IMG/VR virus record: IMGVR_UViG_3300035698_011322
Span: 1-64,000 of that record
Strand: one strand, 5' to 3'
From: a virus
Length of the DNA: 64,000 bases
Shown here: positions 37,980 through 46,340 of the stretch, one piece after another
Position numbering within the stretch: position 1 is the first letter of the stretch
How the letters are laid out: each line of letters starts with the position of its first letter
Notes under the pieces: generated by a model
Databases searched by the model: none
What the model saw: the letters and a program-made list of their open reading frames with translations, nothing else
What the model was told of the DNA's origin: nothing
Program-made: the position numbers and the translations under genes

Positions 37980-38605
37980 TAGTCTTGTAATCTTGGCCGA
38001 TTGGCGGTTAATAGTCCTGTGAAGAAAAACACCTAGCGCTGGGTGCAAAGTAACAGGTTAAATTGGGATGGCTAGTTCTTCAAACCTTTAAAAACCCTTG
38101 AGTCGCGACTCAAGGAACCGATTGAAATTCAAAACAAATTGATATACTCGACAGCAAACGTGATGGTTAGTCGCAACAAGTACTAGCTAGGCTAATAGCG
38201 GACTATATTGATCTTTGGGTTAACATTATCGGATATTAAAATCCCAAGTGGGGATATTGTTTAGGGAATTAACCTGGTTAGATATTCCTTCTTGTAAGGT
38301 CGGTGGCGTGGCATCGAATAATAAAATAATCCACGACGCTTTAATAATGATACCCCAGTCCTACAGATAATGCTTCTGAAATAAGAGTATATGGCCGCAT
38401 GGTGAAACAATATCGCTGGGGGATTTACAATTTTATTGGTTCCAGTGGATTAAATGCAACGGATTCAGACCGTTCAGCCAATAATGAATTAAACATATGA
38501 TCTAAAACCCTGTATCACCTATCACCTAATAGGTGGGAAACCTACAAGCAAGAGGTATAGAAAAGGGTATTCGTCTGTTAAAATCAGAAGAGATCATATA
38601 AATTT
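37980..38605 (+). ncRNA. Candidate large structured ncRNA (~620 nt), family unknown
   Basis: No ORF >=60 aa; many helices and long-range complementarities; triple promoter. Confidence 0.55.
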
Positions 38606-38676
38606 TTATTCGTGTACAATGGTAAATGATTGTGTTATTCTTAATATTATTAACTACAGAAGGGAGTAACTCTCAA

Positions 38677-38925
38677 ATGGCAAGATATGACCGTAGTAAA
38701 GACATTGCGGTTTTTGAAAGAACGATAGGTGATGAAATCAACAAATCGCTTAAAGTGTCCGTAATGTCCTATAATGATGGAGAAAGAAAACTCCAGATTG
38801 GCCCCCGTACTTATATTAAACGCAATAGGTCCACTGGTTACGGCAAAGCAGGTCGCATGACCCTTGATGAAGTAAAGTCAATCACAGACCTTATGCCTGA
38901 AATCGAAGGTGCAATGAACGCTTAA
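38677..38925 (+). CDS. PC4/YdbC-like ssDNA-binding protein
   Basis: VSVMSYNDGERKLQIG.R...GKAGRMTLDE; GGGAG RBS. Confidence 0.65.
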   Translation: MARYDRSKDIAVFERTIGDEINKSLKVSVMSYNDGERKLQIGPRTYIKRNRSTGYGKAGRMTLDEVKSITDLMPEIEGAMNA

Positions 38926-39010
38926 TAATCAACAGGGCGGTGTTTTTCTGGGGACCACAGTAGGTCCCAGCCGCCCATTAACAAGATTGTAAGAAAAAAG
39001 GGAACATGAA

Positions 39011-39379
39011 ATGAAAATAACACATGATAGATTTAATAGGACAGTGTGGGCTATTAAGAAAGACTTTACAGGAGCGCTGGCTAAGTACTTAGTAATACAA
39101 TCACCGTATACCGTGCCAGAGAACCTATCAACGTGCATAGAGAAATTCGACCAGAAGCTTGACAAACTGGCATCATTTGACACCAATGGAATGGCTGAAA
39201 TCTCTTTGTTGGGGTTAACCGCTAATGTAAATTCAATCCTTGAAAGCATCCCCGAAATAATGGCTTTGAACGAGCCAAACGATGATTTTATAGACATCCT
39301 GGCGGTAGCTCAAAACATAACCTGTGCATTCGCAGAGGAAGCAGAGTCTCAATGTTATCGGGAACACTGCATGGGCTGA
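39011..39379 (+). CDS. Hypothetical protein
   Basis: 122-aa ORF. Confidence 0.65.
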   Translation: MKITHDRFNRTVWAIKKDFTGALAKYLVIQSPYTVPENLSTCIEKFDQKLDKLASFDTNGMAEISLLGLTANVNSILESIPEIMALNEPNDDFIDILAVAQNITCAFAEEAESQCYREHCMG

Positions 39380-39474
39380 TCCTATTATTAACATGGGATC
39401 ATATCTGGTGTAAGGCATTACCCAGTGATAACATGGGTTTAAAAGATATTATTGACTACAATATAACAAAAGCA

Positions 39475-39525
39475 CTCGCATAGAGATCATTCTCGCATAG
39501 AGATCGTTCTCGCATAGAGATCGTT
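39475..39525. repeat. 17-bp tandem repeat x3
   Basis: CTCGCATAGAGATC(A/G)TT. Confidence 0.9.
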
Positions 39526-39734
39526 TAGTTTGAATAGTTCAGATATCTTCTTAACCAATCCGCAAAAATCCTTGTGGTTTACATCATATCGATCATTTAT
39601 TATGGTGATAATAACGCAAAAACTATAATAAGCTTGATCGAGTGTAAAGTAGAAATAAGTCGTGTTCATTTTAGCGTTATGGATAAAAGCACACTTAAAG
39701 TAAACCGGGTATGAATTTAAAAAAGGAGTGTACA

Positions 39735-39938
39735 ATGATTAAACAAGATGATATATTAGAAATTAAGTTCAGGATCAAAGAAGTTCAAGAATCATTACTT
39801 AATCTTACATGTTCTTTAGAAGAAATTGGTTTTAGAGAAAGCGATTTAGAAATAATAAATTTATCGAATACAATTGATTCACATTTTGATAGTATTAACG
39901 AAGTAATGAAGTTGAGTTTGTTTAAAAGGAAAGTTTAG
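39735..39938 (+). CDS. Hypothetical protein
   Basis: AAGGAG RBS. Confidence 0.6.
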   Translation: MIKQDDILEIKFRIKEVQESLLNLTCSLEEIGFRESDLEIINLSNTIDSHFDSINEVMKLSLFKRKV

Positions 39939-40041
39939 AAAAGTGATTTACATATTATCTTAATTTTGAGATAATAAATCCAACTGTTAGAAAAATCTTC
40001 TTCAAGGTTTTGAAAAAACAGTAAAAATCAAAGGAGGCAAC

Positions 40042-40338
40042 ATGAATAAGAAAGGATTGACGAATTTCGTAGCAGAGGAAGCAGGGATTACTAAAAAGGA
40101 CGCTAACGCACTGATCGGTGTGGTTCTGGATGGTGTCACCAGCGGTATTACTACCGATGGTAAAGTGACCCTGGTTGGTTTCGGGACATTTTCAGTAGTG
40201 ACCAGGAACGCCCGTATGGCTCGGAACCCACGGACTGGGGAAGCGATTTCGGTTCCTGAGAAAACGGTTCCGAAGTTCAAACCGTCCAAGAAACTGAAGG
40301 AAGCTACCCTCGGTTTCGAGGCACCTGCCGCAGAGTAA
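40042..40338 (+). CDS. hup: HU-family DNA-binding protein
   Basis: GFGTF, RNPRTGE, PKFKPSKKLK. Confidence 0.96.
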   Translation: MNKKGLTNFVAEEAGITKKDANALIGVVLDGVTSGITTDGKVTLVGFGTFSVVTRNARMARNPRTGEAISVPEKTVPKFKPSKKLKEATLGFEAPAAE

Positions 40339-40358
40339 TAATACTCGGTAGGATTGAC

Positions 40359-40396
40359 AAAAAAGGGATGATGGCGAGTTCATCATCCCTTTTTTG
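40359..40396 (+). terminator. Intrinsic (bidirectional) terminator after HU
   Basis: AAAAAAGGGATGATG/CATCATCCCTTTTTT. Confidence 0.85.
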
Positions 40397-40468
40397 TTTA
40401 CATTTTGAATTGTGTGTGGTACACTTCTTATGAATGAGGGCAAATCAAATGAAAAAAGGATAAATCAA

Positions 40469-40735
40469 ATGAAAAAAGAAAAAATAATAGTTTTTGATTA
40501 TACTGATGCTATTCATGGTTCCGCGCCTTGGCATTATAAAGATGATCACTCGCCTGTAAAATATGAAGTTGAGGCATGGTGCCTTCAAGGTGATACAGGG
40601 TTTAGAGCGTTTTTTTATTTAGGCGACAAAATATGTGAAGCTCATGGCGATGATGGTCATTGGTGGTTGATAGGGTGCATGCATAAAAACTGGATTAAAG
40701 ACTTCAAAAATGTTGTTAATTCTATTGAAGAGTAA
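40469..40735 (+). CDS. Hypothetical protein
   Basis: AAGGA RBS. Confidence 0.65.
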   Translation: MKKEKIIVFDYTDAIHGSAPWHYKDDHSPVKYEVEAWCLQGDTGFRAFFYLGDKICEAHGDDGHWWLIGCMHKNWIKDFKNVVNSIEE

Positions 40736-40748
40736 AGGGTGATCAAAA

Positions 40749-41102
40749 ATGGCAAAGATCACAACTCATTGTGAGGACTGCGTAAGATTATTAGGAAAAC
40801 CATATAAAGAAGTCCATGTGTGGTTGGATCATTATGCCAAGAAGTTCAATCCTTTTATCTATCTTGAATATCATAGACAATTCAGGCACACAGAGGTGGC
40901 ACTTAATAAAAAATTCAAGGAATGGGGTTTCTATAGACAACAAGCCGCTAAAATCCATATCATAAGAGACAATGAAGATTTTGTTCTCAGTAAACTATTT
41001 TGTCAAGTAGAAGTTGAGGAAATAGATGCTCTGTATGAAAAAGCAAAACAGTGTTTACATCCTGGTGAAATCGATTATAATGTAGATAACTATAAATTTT
41101 AA
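40749..41102 (+). CDS. His-rich hypothetical protein
   Basis: H....VH.WLD...HRQFRH...H. Confidence 0.7.
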   Translation: MAKITTHCEDCVRLLGKPYKEVHVWLDHYAKKFNPFIYLEYHRQFRHTEVALNKKFKEWGFYRQQAAKIHIIRDNEDFVLSKLFCQVEVEEIDALYEKAKQCLHPGEIDYNVDNYKF

Positions 41103-41122
41103 GGTGGGGGTGGGGGGTTAAA

Positions 41123-41365
41123 ATGGTAAAAATTTGTGTTAAATGTAATGTGTGCCATGATCGATATCCAAAGATAATAGAAGTAGATGCTCGAGAAGTC
41201 AATGAGCAAATGCGGGAACTGTTGGGAATTGTAGAACAAGATAATTGGATAGTTGATTGGCAGTCCGGTGACGCGACTTGTACAGACTGTTTGGGTGAAA
41301 TAGGTATAGAGGTTGAAATTGACCCCAAAACCGGTGATTACAAAACACTGTCATTTAAGGAGTAA
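41123..41365 (+). CDS. Zinc-binding hypothetical protein
   Basis: CNVC...CTDC. Confidence 0.6.
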   Translation: MVKICVKCNVCHDRYPKIIEVDAREVNEQMRELLGIVEQDNWIVDWQSGDATCTDCLGEIGIEVEIDPKTGDYKTLSFKE

Positions 41366-41426
41366 ATACACAGAAATACTCATGATAAATATAGAAGCAA
41401 AGAAAAATATTTTTTTCAAATAACTA

Positions 41427-41490
41427 GTTTACATTTTATCTCAAAAAAGTTATAATAAATCTTAGTCAAAGTAAGAAAGTTATATAAATA
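41427..41490 (+). promoter_or_regulatory. Tandem early + late promoter of tRNA array 1
   Basis: GTTTACA-N17-TATAAT then TATAAATA (41483-90); same layout at 45143-45206. Confidence 0.8.
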
Positions 41491-41598
41491 GAATTGAGGA
41501 TAACGTTGAAGAATATTTTAGTCAAATATTGCAAAATCTGGATAAAGTGGACTATAAAACAAACTCCAGTATATTCTCTTCAATAAAAGGAAAATATT

Positions 41599-41721
41599 AT
41601 GTCAAGAACAACTAAAAAAACTACTACAAGGGGCAATGATTATCGATATATAGTCGAACATCATATTTATGCAATCGTACCGACAACGCATATTATCCCA
41701 ACAGAGGAACATAATATGTAA
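41599..41721 (+). CDS. Leader peptide 1 (40 aa) of putative tRNA-array attenuator
   Basis: AAAGGA RBS; MSRTTKKTTTRGNDYRYIVEHHIYAIVPTTHIIPTEEHNM. Confidence 0.75.
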   Translation: MSRTTKKTTTRGNDYRYIVEHHIYAIVPTTHIIPTEEHNM

Positions 41722-41724
41722 GTA

Positions 41725-41790
41725 TTAGCTGAAATATAAGTAATAACCTAAAGGGTTTCAGCTAAGTTAAAAGTTGAAATCCTTTTTTAG
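41725..41790 (+). terminator. Terminator/antiterminator switch 1
   Basis: 41725-34 pairs with 41756-65; alternatively 41750-63 pairs with 41772-85 ending in a U-run. Confidence 0.8.
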
Positions 41791-41795
41791 TTTAT

Positions 41796-41869
41796 GGTTC
41801 CATCGTCTAATGGTAGGACACCAGACTTTCGATCTGAGAATCGGGGTTCGATCCCCCGTGGAATCGCCA
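41796..41869 (+). tRNA. tRNA-Glu(TTC)
   Basis: Cloverleaf, TTCGA, CCA. Confidence 0.92.
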
Positions 41870-41918
41870 AATTCACCCCGCGAAGAGGGTGTTGAAATAA
41901 TATCTTCGACAAACATAT

Positions 41919-41993
41919 CGCCGAGAAGGCTTGGGGTAAGCCCCTGGTTTTGGGTACCAGTAGCTGTGAGTTCAACTCTCACCTCGGCGACCA
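41919..41993 (+). tRNA. tRNA-Pro(TGG)
   Basis: CTGGT-TTTGGGT-ACCAG, CCA. Confidence 0.88.
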
Positions 41994-42001
41994 ATTTTTA
42001 T

Positions 42002-42078
42002 GGTGGTTGTGGCGAATTGGTAAACGCGATCGGTTGTGGCCCGATTATTAGTGGGATCGTTACCCACCAATCACCCCA
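42002..42078 (+). tRNA. tRNA-His(GTG)
   Basis: G-1:C73, anticodon GTG, CCA. Confidence 0.88.
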
Positions 42079-42154
42079 TTTTATGATCCATATATGAGGC
42101 ATGTTTACAAAATAATTTGATAGTGTTATAATATAATCTTGAAAGGAAAGAATA

Positions 42155-42469
42155 ATGAATGAAAATTATGAAAAACAAATGAAAGTTAATGAATCCTTTG
42201 AAGAGTGTCTTTATAAATTAAAAGATAAAATACAAGTCACCAAATATAGTTATGAAATGTATAATGCCTTGAGTAATATACAATGGCAGAATATAAAAGA
42301 TCCAGAAAATATTTATTCATGTTCATGGCGATATGCAGGTGGTATGATTGCAGAAATAAAAGGATATGGTGAAAACTATTTAGATTTTTATTGTTCTGGC
42401 AATGAAGGTATGGTAACAGAAGAGATTGAGAATGATCTTAATGAATTAGGTTGGAAATCATTAGAATGA
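42155..42469 (+). CDS. Hypothetical protein
   Basis: SCSWRYAGGMIA...YCSGNEG; RBS and promoter. Confidence 0.75.
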   Translation: MNENYEKQMKVNESFEECLYKLKDKIQVTKYSYEMYNALSNIQWQNIKDPENIYSCSWRYAGGMIAEIKGYGENYLDFYCSGNEGMVTEEIENDLNELGWKSLE

Positions 42470-42496
42470 AATTTTGATATAATATGAAGTAAATGA

Positions 42497-42586
42497 GCGT
42501 CGGCCAATAGTGTAAGTGGAGAACACAAGTGGCTGTAACCCACCCGCTGAAAAGCTTTGGGGGTTCGACTCCCTCCCGGCGCACCA
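42497..42586 (+). tRNA. tRNA-Tyr(GTA)
   Basis: Long variable arm, TTCGA, CCA. Confidence 0.82.
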
Positions 42587-42815
42587 TTTATGATTCGTAT
42601 ATAGACCATAAGACACCTTTATGATCCATGTACGAATCACGTTTACAAAATAAAATATCTATGTTATAGTGGGGTATATTAAATGGAATATTGTATTTTG
42701 AGAGAATCATTAAATGAGTGGACAACAGATACAATTTGTTCAAGTAAGAAATATAGACCAATCAAGGGAATTAAGTATAAGTACACTTGTGATAACTATA
42801 AATTGGAGATAATAA

Positions 42816-43004
42816 ATGGAATACAATGATCTAGTAAAAAATGTTTCAAAGGATGCCGGTATTGATGAAGAAGAAGCAGAAAAATGTACGGAATCTTTCT
42901 TTAAATATTTTGAAGGTAAACCAGAAAGTGTACTGGAAGAATTCTTTGGTTATAATCTGATAGAAATAGATTTTAAATATGATGATATGAGATACAAATG
43001 GTAA
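42816..43004 (+). CDS. Small acidic protein (HU N-terminus-like)
   Basis: GGAG RBS. Confidence 0.55.
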   Translation: MEYNDLVKNVSKDAGIDEEEAEKCTESFFKYFEGKPESVLEEFFGYNLIEIDFKYDDMRYKW

Positions 43005-43441
43005 TAGAAAATTATAAACCTTTTAGTGAACAGTTTACAGAGTGTCAAGAGAATGGTAATCTGATAAAGATCGATACATCGATGATGAAAGGATTATATG
43101 GTCATGATGTTGGTGAGATAAATGTCTGTATAAAATATAAATCAATTTGTCATTCTGGAGTATGTAGAGAAGAAAGGACAAAGATGAGAATTAAATGTAC
43201 CGCAATACGATATGAAGGTAAAATATATGAAGGCAAACGTCATGCTGTAATTGGTTTAAAAATGGTACATGATGATATTTGTTCCGCACCTTATCCATTC
43301 GGTGATGATCAGGGTTTTGTAACAGAATGTGGAAAGTATGTTCACAGAGCACCGGCACTTATGATTGCACTTAGATCAGGTCAAGTGAAAGAAGGCGAAC
43401 ATATACGACCAAATGAATTATATAGTGAAGATTTAAAGTAA
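42998..43441 (+). CDS. Hypothetical protein
   Basis: G.RH...QGFVT..G.YV.R...LYSEDL. Confidence 0.65.
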   Translation: MVIENYKPFSEQFTECQENGNLIKIDTSMMKGLYGHDVGEINVCIKYKSICHSGVCREERTKMRIKCTAIRYEGKIYEGKRHAVIGLKMVHDDICSAPYPFGDDQGFVTECGKYVHRAPALMIALRSGQVKEGEHIRPNELYSEDLK

Positions 43442-43447
43442 GTAATA

Positions 43448-43542
43448 GAGGGGGATGTTCCGGTGAGCGGACTGTAAATTCGTTGCACGTTAAAATTTCA
43501 TCGGCGGCTGTGTGAGTGGTTCGATTCCTCCATCCCTCACCA
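43448..43542 (+). tRNA. tRNA-Tyr(GTA)-like, reduced D-arm and oversized variable region
   Basis: GCGGA-CTGTAAA-TTCGT, TTCGA, CCA. Confidence 0.6.
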
Positions 43543-43552
43543 AAAAATATAA

Positions 43553-43639
43553 GCTCTTGTCGCATAGTGATCGATTGCACTGGTTTCGTAATCCAGCGGA
43601 ATAATTCCCACGTAGGTTTAAATCCTATCAAGGGCTCCA
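43553..43639 (+). tRNA. tRNA-Thr(CGT) with extra variable arm
   Basis: Loop TT-CGT-AA, CCA. Confidence 0.78.
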
Positions 43640-43682
43640 GAAACAATAATAAAGATAAAGATAAAGGATTAAGGGTAATCAA

Positions 43683-44384
43683 ATGAAAATTATAATAGCA
43701 GGCGATGTTCATGGTCGATTCGGTGAACTAAACACACTTATCAGTAAACAAAAACCAAATCTTGTGATCTGTTGTGGTGACTTTGGTTACTGGCCTCACT
43801 TTGGTAAAGATGAGTTTAATAAAATCAAACCACAAGGCTCAAAGATACTGTGGTGTGATGGGAACCATGAAGATCATTGGTCTTTGAGAGACAGAAAAAC
43901 CGATGAATTCGTGAAAGACGTTCATTATATGCCAAGAGGATCAACATTTACATTAAGCGATGGTCGTGTCTTACTCTTTATGGGTGGCGGAGATTCAATT
44001 GATAAAAATTCTAGAACAACTGGTGTTGATTGGTTTCCAGAAGAAGTGATTGGACAAAAAGATATTGAGAACCTTCCTGACAAGAAAATTGATATTGTTA
44101 TATCTCATACTTGCCCACTTGAGCTATTAGGTGAAATGAGAGGATATCGAGAAAAAAAAGTAGAACCTTCTAATCACGCTCTTAGCTACATTTTAGAAAA
44201 ATATAATCCTCGCCAATGGTTTTATGGTCACTGGCATTCATATAAAGAAGTGTTACTGAGAAGCACAAAGTTTACTGCTCTATCATGTTTGCCTACTTAC
44301 ATGGGTCATGGTAGATGGTGGATTGAGTTAGATGAGAAAATATCGAGTAAAATATCAACATTTAGTTTTAATGATAATTTTTAA
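43683..44384 (+). CDS. Calcineurin-like metallophosphoesterase
   Basis: GDVHG, GDFG, GNHE, SHTCP, GHWH. Confidence 0.92.
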   Translation: MKIIIAGDVHGRFGELNTLISKQKPNLVICCGDFGYWPHFGKDEFNKIKPQGSKILWCDGNHEDHWSLRDRKTDEFVKDVHYMPRGSTFTLSDGRVLLFMGGGDSIDKNSRTTGVDWFPEEVIGQKDIENLPDKKIDIVISHTCPLELLGEMRGYREKKVEPSNHALSYILEKYNPRQWFYGHWHSYKEVLLRSTKFTALSCLPTYMGHGRWWIELDEKISSKISTFSFNDNF

Positions 44385-44600
44385 ATTTGGTTCGTAGTCG
44401 GAATTCTAACCAATAGAAGACGATGTTTCCAAGGGTGAAATTGATCAAAACAGGGAAGGGTGGTTCCTTTCAATGTCGTGATAAAGTAACCCAAAAACAT
44501 AATATTGTAACATAAAAAGTTAATGTTGACCAGAGCGCGCACTAAATCAGTTAGTGCGCGCTGTGGTTTACATTAAGTATATAGAAAGGAGAAAGTAACA

Positions 44601-44627
44601 ATGATTTATCTATCCAATACCTTCTGA
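44601..44627 (+). CDS. 8-codon leader ORF (MIYLSNTF) overlapping an SD-sequestering hairpin
   Basis: AAAGGAG RBS; stem 44620-30/44637-47 hides AGGAGG of the next gene. Confidence 0.65.
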   Translation: MIYLSNTF

Positions 44628-44654
44628 TGTAACTTAACATTAGGAGGCATACAA

Positions 44655-44987
44655 ATGAAACATGGCGATATTATTCAAGAAGCAGATTGGCTACATTGGT
44701 GGCCTAAGTGGAAAAGATATCCACGTTTACAATACAGATTTAGATACGATCCTGTACCATTATATATCAATAACTATCATAGAGGTTGTTGGTGTAAAAG
44801 ACCACATCACATGAATGAAGAAAAACAATTCTATGCATGTGATCCAAAACTAGTAAGAGGAAAAAGACATCCAAGACACCTTCCAGATCCTTGGGATGAT
44901 CACAAAAGAAGTGATCTAAGAGACAAAAGATCATGGAAAAAAGGATATAGAGTTCGTAAACAATGGATGAAACATATAGCCAGTTAG
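44655..44987 (+). CDS. Basic Trp/Arg-rich protein (LPDPWDD...RSWK...KQW)
   Basis: AGGAGG RBS; stop codon lies inside tRNA-Ile. Confidence 0.8.
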   Translation: MKHGDIIQEADWLHWWPKWKRYPRLQYRFRYDPVPLYINNYHRGCWCKRPHHMNEEKQFYACDPKLVRGKRHPRHLPDPWDDHKRSDLRDKRSWKKGYRVRKQWMKHIAS

Positions 44988-45051
44988 CTCAACGGAAGAG
45001 CCCGCGATCGATAATCGCGTGATAAAAGTTCAATTCTTTTACTGGCTACCA
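44978..45051 (+). tRNA. tRNA-Ile(GAT), C33 variant
   Basis: CGCGA-TCGATAA-TCGCG, CCA. Confidence 0.78.
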
Positions 45052-45056
45052 AATTT

Positions 45057-45130
45057 AGCCCTATAATAGAATGGTAGAATATTTCTTTTACAAGGAAATT
45101 AACTTGGTTCGATTCCAAGTGGGGCTACCA
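45057..45130 (+). tRNA. tRNA-Val(TAC)
   Basis: Loop TT-TAC-AA, TTCGA, CCA; weak D-stem. Confidence 0.75.
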
Positions 45131-45142
45131 AAATAAAAAGTA

Positions 45143-45206
45143 GTTTACAATTATTTCAAAAAAAGTTATAATAAATGTAATTGAAGTTGAGAAAGTTATA
45201 TAAATA
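45143..45206 (+). promoter_or_regulatory. Tandem early + late promoter of tRNA array 2
   Basis: GTTTACA-N17-TATAAT; TATAAATA 45199-45206. Confidence 0.8.
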
Positions 45207-45220
45207 GAAAGTAGGAGTAA

Positions 45221-45334
45221 ATGATGATGGCGAGAAAAATTAATAGGCAAAAACAGAATAATAGATGTTTATCGACAGGCATACTTGCGTTCTCCTCATC
45301 ATTTTTGAATTGGGCAGGAGATAAGTGCCTATGA
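45221..45334 (+). CDS. Leader peptide 2 (37 aa) of putative tRNA-array attenuator
   Basis: AGGAG RBS; MMMARKINRQKQNNRCLSTGILAFSSSFLNWAGDKCL. Confidence 0.75.
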   Translation: MMMARKINRQKQNNRCLSTGILAFSSSFLNWAGDKCL

Positions 45335-45336
45335 TC

Positions 45337-45405
45337 TAGCTGAAACATAAAGTAATATTTTAAGGGGGTTTCAGCTAAAAAGTTAAAGTTGTAACCCCTT
45401 TTTAG
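45337..45405 (+). terminator. Terminator/antiterminator switch 2
   Basis: 45337-46 pairs with 45368-77; alternatively 45362-76 pairs with 45387-401 ending in a U-run. Confidence 0.8.
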
Positions 45406-45412
45406 TTTATTC

Positions 45413-45487
45413 GGATATGTCGTATAAAGGGAATTATACTTGACTCTTAATCAAGATGATGTTGGTTCAAATCAAATCGTACCATCA
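45413..45487 (+). tRNA. tRNA-Lys(CTT), degenerate
   Basis: CTTGA-CTCTTAA-TCAAG intact; acceptor and T stems broken; ends TCA. Confidence 0.55.
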
Positions 45488-45511
45488 AACAATAGAAAGG
45501 AAAATATTAAA

Positions 45512-46153
45512 ATGAACACATATCATAAAATCCAAACGGTATTTTTAAGAGATCCTAAAACTAAGTTCAAAACACTTTTAGAAGGTCAGTTTGCTAAATT
45601 TGAGTTTGAATATCTCGCAGAACTTATGTGGGCATGGACAGAAAAAGTTGATGGTACTAATATTCGCGTACAGTATGATAGTGATGAAAAGAGCCTTAAC
45701 TTTAATGGCAAGACAGATAGGGCTCAGTTACAGGCAACTCTTTTCGAGTACCTAACAGAAACCTTTACACCAAAGAAACAACTTTTTATGGATACATTTG
45801 ATAAAGAGAATGTTAAAGTATGTTTATACGGTGAGGGTTATGGCCCCAGAATTCAAAAAGGTGGTGGCCTGTATCGTAAAGATCAGAGTTTTGTATTGTT
45901 CGATGTAAAGATCAATGATTGGTGGTTAAAACGTGGTGATGTAGAAAATATCGGACATAAGTTTGGTATTGATGTTGTACCAATCATTCGCCATGGTAAT
46001 CTTTATGAAATGGTCGAGTTTGTTAGAAATGGTTTTAATTCACAATGGGGAGATTTTCTAGCAGAAGGTATTGTTGCAAGACCATTCGTGGATTTGAGAG
46101 CAAGAAGTGGTGAAAGAATCATTACTAAACTAAAATGTAAAGATTTTGTATAA
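45512..46153 (+). CDS. RNA ligase (Rnl2-like nucleotidyltransferase)
   Basis: YHKI, TEKVDGTN, YGEGYG, FDV, EGIV, KLK. Confidence 0.88.
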   Translation: MNTYHKIQTVFLRDPKTKFKTLLEGQFAKFEFEYLAELMWAWTEKVDGTNIRVQYDSDEKSLNFNGKTDRAQLQATLFEYLTETFTPKKQLFMDTFDKENVKVCLYGEGYGPRIQKGGGLYRKDQSFVLFDVKINDWWLKRGDVENIGHKFGIDVVPIIRHGNLYEMVEFVRNGFNSQWGDFLAEGIVARPFVDLRARSGERIITKLKCKDFV

Positions 46154-46162
46154 AATGAATAT

Positions 46163-46240
46163 TGTGGATTAGAGAAGTGGCCTATATAGGAGGGTTCGAA
46201 TCCTTCAGATAGGTGGGGGTGATCGATTTCCAACCCGCCA
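46163..46240 (+). pseudogene. Scrambled tRNA remnant
   Basis: D-arm-like start, GGTTCGAATCC T-arm, terminal CCA, no anticodon arm. Confidence 0.45.
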
Positions 46241-46245
46241 TATAA

Positions 46246-46318
46246 GGGTTTGTAGTTCAATGGTAGAACATTCGGTTCTTACCCGAAAAATTAGGTTTCG
46301 ATACCTACGAACCCACCA
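46246..46318 (+). tRNA. tRNA-Lys(CTT)
   Basis: TTCGG-TTCTTAC-CCGAA, CCA. Confidence 0.8.
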
Positions 46319-46340
46319 TACAATAGAAAGGAGTATTAAA

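Noticed and set aside
37980-38605. tmRNA, RNase P RNA or group I/II intron
   Set aside because: No tRNA-like ends with CCA, no GAGGAAAGTCC core, no interrupted gene; kept as an unknown ncRNA candidate.
41506-41586. TTG-start mini ORF upstream of leader 1 as part of the attenuator
   Set aside because: No counterpart in the second copy and it ends far from the switch; role unsupported.
41767-42097. ORFs overlapping tRNAs (also 42388, 43371, 48331, 51692, 51775)
   Set aside because: They overlap well-formed tRNA genes and lack RBS support.
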